Position numbers and translations under genes: made by a program | Notes under the pieces: generated by a model | Database searches by the model: none | Told to the model about the DNA's origin: nothing | The model's input: the letters and a program-made list of their open reading frames with translations, nothing else | From: Desulfatiglandales bacterium | GTDB lineage: Bacteria; Desulfobacterota; DSM-4660; Desulfatiglandales; Desulfatiglandaceae | NCBI GenBank assembly: GCA_963662465.1 | Contig: OY759599.1 | Coordinates: 3,968,001 to 4,032,000 of the forward strand | Length of the DNA: 64,000 nt | Reading direction: 5' to 3' | Part shown: one piece after another, positions 58,076 to 64,000 of the stretch | How positions within the stretch are numbered: the stretch's first letter is position 1 | Layout of the letters: every line of letters begins with the position of its first letter

Positions 58076-58234
58076 CAGATCATACCTCCCTAAATGGATA
58101 TTTTCCGCGTTTCACCGAATTACTCTGCAATGTCCCATCGACACCCATTATCAGCGACAAAAACGCGATCACAAGCATTCTTTTTTTGCAACTTTTCCAA
58201 AACACAACTCCCGCCCCCCAAAGACCTTCCAAAC

Positions 58235-58250
58235 GTTCACTGAAACGAAC
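58235..58250. promoter_or_regulatory. Candidate IclR operator upstream of the UbiD gene
   Basis: GTTCACTGAAACGAAC. Confidence 0.45.
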
Positions 58251-58463
58251 AATCGTCCTCAAACACCGGCAGGGCCGCGCCCGGGCGACAGGCCTCCAAC
58301 ATTCCGGGGAAAACAGACTATCGAATTGAATAATCTAACAAAAAAATAATCAAAAACCGAAGCAGTCGAATTGTACGGCGGGTTCATTCAGACGAAAACC
58401 AGTATTAAGTGGAAGCATAATCCTTCATAAAAAAAATTGTGTCAATTGCATTATTTTTATGGT

Positions 58464-58486
58464 ATTCATAACCTCTAATTATGAAT
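58464..58486. promoter_or_regulatory. LysR binding site (T-N11-A)
   Basis: ATTCATAA-N7-TTATGAAT perfect inverted repeat upstream of the LysR gene. Confidence 0.65.
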
Positions 58487-58551
58487 GGTTCCGTCCCATA
58501 AAAAACGTGATATTATTACCGTTAAGTGATTAAGATGGATGATTTTCGACC

Positions 58552-59514
58552 ATGCTGAATTTCAACCAACTCCGCATCTTTTACCATGCAGCCAGGAATT
58601 TGAATTTCACCGCCGCCGCCAGGGATCTTTTCATCACCCAGCCTGCTGTAACCGCTCAAATTAAACTGCTGGAAGAATATTGCAGTTTGAAACTATTCAG
58701 AAAAAAAGGTCGCGGCGTCTATTTGACCGATGAGGGCCGGGCACTTTTTGAATACACCAAACATGTATTTGATTACGAAAAGGAGATCGAGTTCGCCATC
58801 GAGGAAATGCGGGAATTGAAACGGGGCATCCTCAGACTGGGAACCACCAAGACCTATGCACGGTACTTCATGCCCTTTCTGCTGACGCGATTCCATCAGA
58901 CCTATTCCGACATTCGCATCCACCTGGACGAAGGCAGCTCTCAGGCCATGGTGCAAAGCCTCATTGATTTTAAAAACGAAATCGTCATTATCGCCAAAAT
59001 CACAAGCCATCCAGGGGTCCGCTTTCTGCCCCTCAGCCGGGAAGGCATTGTGGTAATCGCCCATCCCGACCATCCCCTGGCCGGAAAAGCCGCCATTTCA
59101 ACGGAGGAACTGGCAGAGGAGAGAATCATTATGAAAGAAGGGGGCTCCGGAACAAGGCATCTCATTGACGACCTGTTCATCCGAGCCAACCGGACGCCCA
59201 ACATCGTCATGGAAACCAGCAACACGGAATTCATCAAACTGGAAGTCCAGCGGGGAGAAGGGATCGCCTTTCTGGTGGAATCCGCGGTTTTGCTGGAACT
59301 GGAACAAGGGCTATTGACATCTCTTCCCATCCATGATCAGACCCTCTTTCTGAATGTGAGCATCGCTTATCTGGAAGATCAACAACTCTCCCCCCCTTCC
59401 AGGGCTTTCCTCGAAACCCTGACAAACCTGAGCGGCAACGACATCCCCGCTTTGGGCATCGGCGCCCTGATGACGAAGATCCGAACCCATCGCGACGGCC
59501 TGACGGCAACATGA
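58552..59514 (+). CDS. LysR-family regulator
   Basis: NFTAAARDLFITQPAVTAQIKLLE. Confidence 0.95.
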   Translation: MLNFNQLRIFYHAARNLNFTAAARDLFITQPAVTAQIKLLEEYCSLKLFRKKGRGVYLTDEGRALFEYTKHVFDYEKEIEFAIEEMRELKRGILRLGTTKTYARYFMPFLLTRFHQTYSDIRIHLDEGSSQAMVQSLIDFKNEIVIIAKITSHPGVRFLPLSREGIVVIAHPDHPLAGKAAISTEELAEERIIMKEGGSGTRHLIDDLFIRANRTPNIVMETSNTEFIKLEVQRGEGIAFLVESAVLLELEQGLLTSLPIHDQTLFLNVSIAYLEDQQLSPPSRAFLETLTNLSGNDIPALGIGALMTKIRTHRDGLTAT

Positions 59515-60557
59515 AACCCAAAGCACCAAAACCACCGAAGTCTTCACGGAAAGCAAAGCAGACCCTACTGGTAACGGCATTTCTCTTCCTGTCATGCCTT
59601 TTGCTCATTGCCGCCTGGGGATACCAGACTTTTCAGCCGGTGAATAAAGTGGGGAAAAACCAATATTTCGTGGTGCGGGAGGGGGCAACCCTGAAACAGG
59701 TGGCACTGGACCTCAAAAAAACCGGCATCATCCGGAGCGCCCCCCTCTTTCGCCTGGCAGGCCGCCTCAAGGATTATGACAACCGGATCAAAACGGGAGA
59801 GTATCAGTTAAACAGCGACATGCCGCCTTTAGTCATTCTTGAAATCCTGGAAAAAGGCCAAATCTTCACCCACTCCGTTACCATTCCTGAAGGCTTCAAC
59901 CTGGAGCAGATTGCGGAATTGCTGAACGAAAAAGGCCTTGTCAACAAAAAAGCGTTCATGGAACAGGCTAAAGACGAGACACTGGCGAAGCGCCTGGGAT
60001 TTTCCGGGGGAACACTGGAAGGATATCTCTACCCGGATACCTACCGGTTTCGACGGGATGAAACCCCTGAGAGAGTCATCGGCGTCATGGTGAAACGTTT
60101 TCGGAACATTGTCTCACCCCTGGATCCACAGATAAAAGATTCGGGCATGACGTTGAAACAGGTCATCACCCTCGCATCCATCGTGGAAAAAGAGACGGGT
60201 TGCCCGGAAGAAAGACCCATGATTGCCCGCGTCTTTCTGAACCGTTTGAAAAAAAACATGCGCCTTGATAGTGATCCAACGGTCATATACGGCATCAAGG
60301 ACTTTAACGGGAACCTTACCAAGAAGGATTTAAAAACCAAAACACCTTACAACACCTATGTCATCAAAGGGCTCCCCCCCGGCCCCATCGCAAATCCCGG
60401 GCTGGCATCCATCCAGGCCGTTTTGAATCCCGCGGAGAGCAACTATTACTATTTCGTTTCCAAAAATAACGGCGCCCATTATTTCTCGGAAACATTGAAT
60501 GAACACAACCGGGCCGTGAGGCGGTTTCAGAAAGTCAGACCCAAAAACAGAGGTTAA
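59511..60557 (+). CDS. mltG: Endolytic transglycosylase MltG
   Basis: TIPEG, LEGYLYPDTY, LASIVEKE, YNTY..GLPPGPIANPG. Confidence 0.95.
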   Translation: MKPKAPKPPKSSRKAKQTLLVTAFLFLSCLLLIAAWGYQTFQPVNKVGKNQYFVVREGATLKQVALDLKKTGIIRSAPLFRLAGRLKDYDNRIKTGEYQLNSDMPPLVILEILEKGQIFTHSVTIPEGFNLEQIAELLNEKGLVNKKAFMEQAKDETLAKRLGFSGGTLEGYLYPDTYRFRRDETPERVIGVMVKRFRNIVSPLDPQIKDSGMTLKQVITLASIVEKETGCPEERPMIARVFLNRLKKNMRLDSDPTVIYGIKDFNGNLTKKDLKTKTPYNTYVIKGLPPGPIANPGLASIQAVLNPAESNYYYFVSKNNGAHYFSETLNEHNRAVRRFQKVRPKNRG

Positions 60558-60661
60558 ATGTCTTGACATAGCCCAATAATTTCCAATATATGAAAGGTTT
60601 TCCGGCACGGGGCAACAAAAGACCTTTTTGTCGGACCGTCATGATATCAAGGAGCATCCGA

Positions 60662-61852
60662 ATGGATCTTTTTAAAAATCTCACCGTGTTATCCCTGGAA
60701 CAGGCTACCGTATTACCCTATTTGACCTATAGACTCGCCCATGAAGGGGTGCAGGTGATTCGATTGGAACACCCGGTTTATGGGGACCCCAACCGGCTCA
60801 TCGGCGAAAACGTTCTGAACGAAGAGCGCATGAACAGCTATTTTTTGTGCATCAATGCCGGAAAAAAGGCCCTCACCCTGAACCTGGCCGAACCGGAGGG
60901 CCGGGAAATTTTCCACAAACTCATCCGTGAACTGAAAATCGATGCCTTTACCACCAACCAGCTTCCCAAAAACTACAAAAAACTGGGCATCGACTACGAG
61001 ACTCTGAAAGCGTTGAAACCGGATATCATATGGCTCGGCGTCACGGGATTCGGACCGGACAGCAACGAAGGGGCCTACGATCCCATCCTTCAGGCCAGAA
61101 GCGGATTAATGGAAATGACCGGAGAAGCAACGGGCGCCCCCCAGGTTCTGGGCATTCCCCTGCCCGATATGGGGACCAGCGAACATGCCTATGGGCAGTT
61201 GATGAAAGCGTTCTACCGCCGCGAGGCCACGGGACAAGGGTCATGCATCAACCTCTCCATGTTTGAATCGTCCCTTTCCTGGCTGACAGTTCCCATCACT
61301 TTTACAGCCAGCTTTGACAAGAAAAGCACCCGGCGGGGCAACACCCATGAGTTCTTCTGCCCGGTTTCGGTTTATAAAACCCGCGACGGCTTTGTTTATC
61401 TGGCCGTTGGAAACGACCGACAATGGCAATCCCTGGTCTCCCAGGATATTTTCAAATCCCTGGACAGGCCGGACTATCAAAAAAACGCGGGGCGTATCGC
61501 GGATGTTCATCGCGTAAATCAGCTGATCGAGGAAATCACCATCAACCACACTGCCGGTGATCTGATTCAGCTATTCAAATCCATCACCCTTCCCGCAAGC
61601 AAGATTAACACCATAGCGGAAGTGGTGGCGGATCCTCTTGTGGCGCGGCGGCTTCTCTTTGCCGAGGATGAAAAAACCGGCGCTAAAATCACGTTGGCGC
61701 CACCCCCGTACATGACCCCATGGCTTGAGCAATCCAATCGAAGGTTGTCTTTCCCTCCCCGTTTTGGTGAACATAACCGGGAGATTTATGGCGAGCGTCT
61801 TGGATATACCCCTGATGCATTGAAACGCCTGAAGGAAAATAAGGTGATATAA
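60662..61852 (+). CDS. CoA-transferase family III (CaiB/BaiF)
   Basis: NAGKK, GFGPD, AYDPILQARSG, PPRFGEH; AAGGAG RBS. Confidence 0.9.
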   Translation: MDLFKNLTVLSLEQATVLPYLTYRLAHEGVQVIRLEHPVYGDPNRLIGENVLNEERMNSYFLCINAGKKALTLNLAEPEGREIFHKLIRELKIDAFTTNQLPKNYKKLGIDYETLKALKPDIIWLGVTGFGPDSNEGAYDPILQARSGLMEMTGEATGAPQVLGIPLPDMGTSEHAYGQLMKAFYRREATGQGSCINLSMFESSLSWLTVPITFTASFDKKSTRRGNTHEFFCPVSVYKTRDGFVYLAVGNDRQWQSLVSQDIFKSLDRPDYQKNAGRIADVHRVNQLIEEITINHTAGDLIQLFKSITLPASKINTIAEVVADPLVARRLLFAEDEKTGAKITLAPPPYMTPWLEQSNRRLSFPPRFGEHNREIYGERLGYTPDALKRLKENKVI

Positions 61853-61930
61853 AATTTACTGATAGACTGTGATATCAGGCACTTGAAACATAACACTTAA
61901 AACTTAAAACGTTTTTTGAAAGGAGCAAAC

Positions 61931-63184
61931 ATGAAAGAAGTCGTCATTGTCTCGGCATGCAGAACAGCCATCGGTGCTTTTGGCGGAACCCTGAGGGATA
62001 TGAACGCGGCCGTTATCGGAAGCATCAGCATGAAAGAAGCCATTCGCAGGGCGAGCATTGATCCCGGAATCATTGATGACGTCCGGTTTGGATGTTGCCT
62101 GGAACCGGCGGATGCCCTGAATGTAGCGCGGGTTTCGGCCCTCATGGCGGGCATCCCTGACCATGTGGCGGCGGTCACCATTAACCGTGTCTGCATATCG
62201 GGCATGGAATCGGTGCTGTCCGGAATGGCCATGATACAGGCCAACATGGCCGATATCATTCTGGCCGGCGGCACGGAACATATGTCCGGAGCCCCCTACA
62301 CGGTTCCCGGGGCCCGGTGGGGCTGCAGACTTCAGGATCAAGTTTTCGTGGATTCCATGATTCATGCCCTTCACTGCGGTTCTCACCTGCTACCACACCC
62401 GGAAGAGGGCCCCGTAAAAGAAGGCATGCCCCTTGAACTCTTCAGGGGTAAACCCTATATCATGGGCCAGACTGCGGAACTCATCGCCCAGCTGCACAAC
62501 ATCAGCCGGGAAGAGATGGACGAAGTGGCCCTCAGAAGCCACAACAACACCGAGCGTGCAACCTTGGAAGGGGACTTCAAGGATGAGATCGTGCCCATCG
62601 AAGTGCCTCAGAAAAAACGAAAACCCCCCATTATTTTTGATAAGGACGAACATTTCCGGCCCGGGATTACCCTGGAGCAACTGGCCAAACTCCCCCCCGC
62701 CTTCGTCCCCAAAATTGGAAAGGTCACTGCGGGAAATGCTTCCGGCATCAACGACGGGTCCAGCGCCATGATCATCATGAGCGCGGAAAAGGCTAAGGAG
62801 CTGGGCCTTGAACCCATGGCCAGGATCAGAGCCATCGGTCGCGGCGCCTGCCACCCCTCGGTCATGGGACTCAGTCCCGTACCGGCGGTAAAGGATCTTT
62901 TCAAACGGAATCCCGATCTCAAGCTGGCGGATTTTGAACTGATCGAAGTCAACGAAGCCTTTGCGGCCCAATACCTGGGGTGTGAAATTGAGCTGGGCCT
63001 GAACCGGGATATCACCAATGTGAACGGGTCAGGCATCGGCCTCGGGCATCCGGTGGGTTCCACGGGATGCCGCATCATGACCACCCTGCTCTATGCCATG
63101 AAAAACAGGGGTAAAAATCTGGGGCTCGCCACCCTTTGCGGCGGCGGCGGCGTATCCATGGCCTGCGCCCTGGAGATGTGTTAG
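61931..63184 (+). CDS. Acetyl-CoA C-acyltransferase (thiolase)
   Basis: NRVCISG, NEAFA, GHPVG, LCGGGG. Confidence 0.95.
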   Translation: MKEVVIVSACRTAIGAFGGTLRDMNAAVIGSISMKEAIRRASIDPGIIDDVRFGCCLEPADALNVARVSALMAGIPDHVAAVTINRVCISGMESVLSGMAMIQANMADIILAGGTEHMSGAPYTVPGARWGCRLQDQVFVDSMIHALHCGSHLLPHPEEGPVKEGMPLELFRGKPYIMGQTAELIAQLHNISREEMDEVALRSHNNTERATLEGDFKDEIVPIEVPQKKRKPPIIFDKDEHFRPGITLEQLAKLPPAFVPKIGKVTAGNASGINDGSSAMIIMSAEKAKELGLEPMARIRAIGRGACHPSVMGLSPVPAVKDLFKRNPDLKLADFELIEVNEAFAAQYLGCEIELGLNRDITNVNGSGIGLGHPVGSTGCRIMTTLLYAMKNRGKNLGLATLCGGGGVSMACALEMC

Positions 63185-63194
63185 CCTTAAACGA

Positions 63195-63221
63195 TTGTTC
63201 CCACGCCCCGCGTGGGAACAA
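63195..63221. repeat. REP-like hairpin
   Basis: TTGTTCCCACG-CCCCG-CGTGGGAACAA. Confidence 0.6.
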
Positions 63222-63979
63222 AAATCAAGCCATACTGGAGACGTTTGGTGGAAAAAGCATCCATCTTTCTCACCACCAGGGAGGCCATCCAAGCCATTAT
63301 AGCGGATTTCCGCCAGTATGACCCCCAAATCATGCTCTTTTCCGGCATTATCAGTCTGATCACGGACAACAAAACCTATCTTAAACAACAGCGGGGAAAG
63401 AACGGCGCATGGATCAACCTGCCCGGAAAGACCCACATGAAATGGTTGGCGGGTCCGGAACTGGTGGACCATATGTGCGACACCATCGCGCAAACCCGGT
63501 GGCATCCGGATCTGCTGGCCGACGTCTGTGCCCGGGTTTTTCAGTCCCGGGCAACACCTGAGATAGATGCCGATACAGGGAAAGCGGGCGTTCGCATTGA
63601 AACCCATATGGAGGATTTCGCCTGCAAAAGATGCGGGTGCTGCTGCCGGTTCCTGGATTACCACAACGAGGTGACCGCCGGGGATGTGGCAAACTGGAAA
63701 GCGTCAGGCCGAAACGACATTTTAAAATGGGTGAATGAAATCAGACGGGACGGACGGATTCAGGGGTATCGTGCATGGGTCATTCCGGGCACGAGAACAT
63801 TGGCGGAAATCTGTCCCTTTTTAGAGAAAGAACCCGGCGCCCCTCGATGGAAATGCCGCATACACGATGCCAGACCCGACATCTGCCGCCAATACCCCCT
63901 GAACCGCAAGCATGCCGCCATGACCGGATGCAGGGGTTTTGAAAAAGGGTCGACCGACAAGCCGGCTTCGAAGAAATAA
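63212..63979 (+). CDS. YkgJ-family (CxxCxxCC) cysteine-cluster protein
   Basis: CKRCGCCC, CPFL, CRIHDARPDICRQYP; start uncertain. Confidence 0.8.
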   Translation: MGTKIKPYWRRLVEKASIFLTTREAIQAIIADFRQYDPQIMLFSGIISLITDNKTYLKQQRGKNGAWINLPGKTHMKWLAGPELVDHMCDTIAQTRWHPDLLADVCARVFQSRATPEIDADTGKAGVRIETHMEDFACKRCGCCCRFLDYHNEVTAGDVANWKASGRNDILKWVNEIRRDGRIQGYRAWVIPGTRTLAEICPFLEKEPGAPRWKCRIHDARPDICRQYPLNRKHAAMTGCRGFEKGSTDKPASKK

Positions 63980-64000
63980 TGCCCGTTATCAAGCCCTTGA

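Overview
Window from an anaerobic deltaproteobacterium-like genome (inferred from gene content: sigma-54 systems, CoA ligases/transferases, PpcB/Hcr-like enzymes). (1) 1-14 kb: decaying signalling region with PAS hybrid histidine kinases and two copies of a ~0.6-0.7 kb duplicated block (sigma-54 promoter, variable (CT)n tract, terminator, broken cheC). It also holds a 4.7 kb IS21-family element with four extra genes (Cys-rich protein, winged-helix protein, ParB-like protein, small DNA-binding protein) inside CT...AG-ended inverted repeats. (2) 14-16 kb: small-gene/TA debris, a MITE and a nitroreductase. (3) 16-28 kb: sigma-54 two-component system upstream of a Liv-type ABC transporter/acyl-CoA ligase operon. 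(4) 28-47 kb: HigBA, MITE-disrupted HicAB, lipase, old yellow enzyme, TetR-regulated RND efflux, MazF-type and VapBC TA pairs, CoA transferase, envelope proteins and an HD-GYP regulator. (5) 47-59 kb: anaerobic aromatic catabolism cluster (PpcB-like UbiD, CoA ligase, Tm-1-like protein, UbiX, IclR, Hcr-like Mo enzyme, MoeB/ThiS) sharing a GTTC-N8-GAAC motif. (6) 59-64 kb: LysR, mltG, CoA transferase, thiolase and a YkgJ-type protein. No rRNA, tRNA or CRISPR array was seen. Family calls come from motif recognition by eye; no database searches were run.
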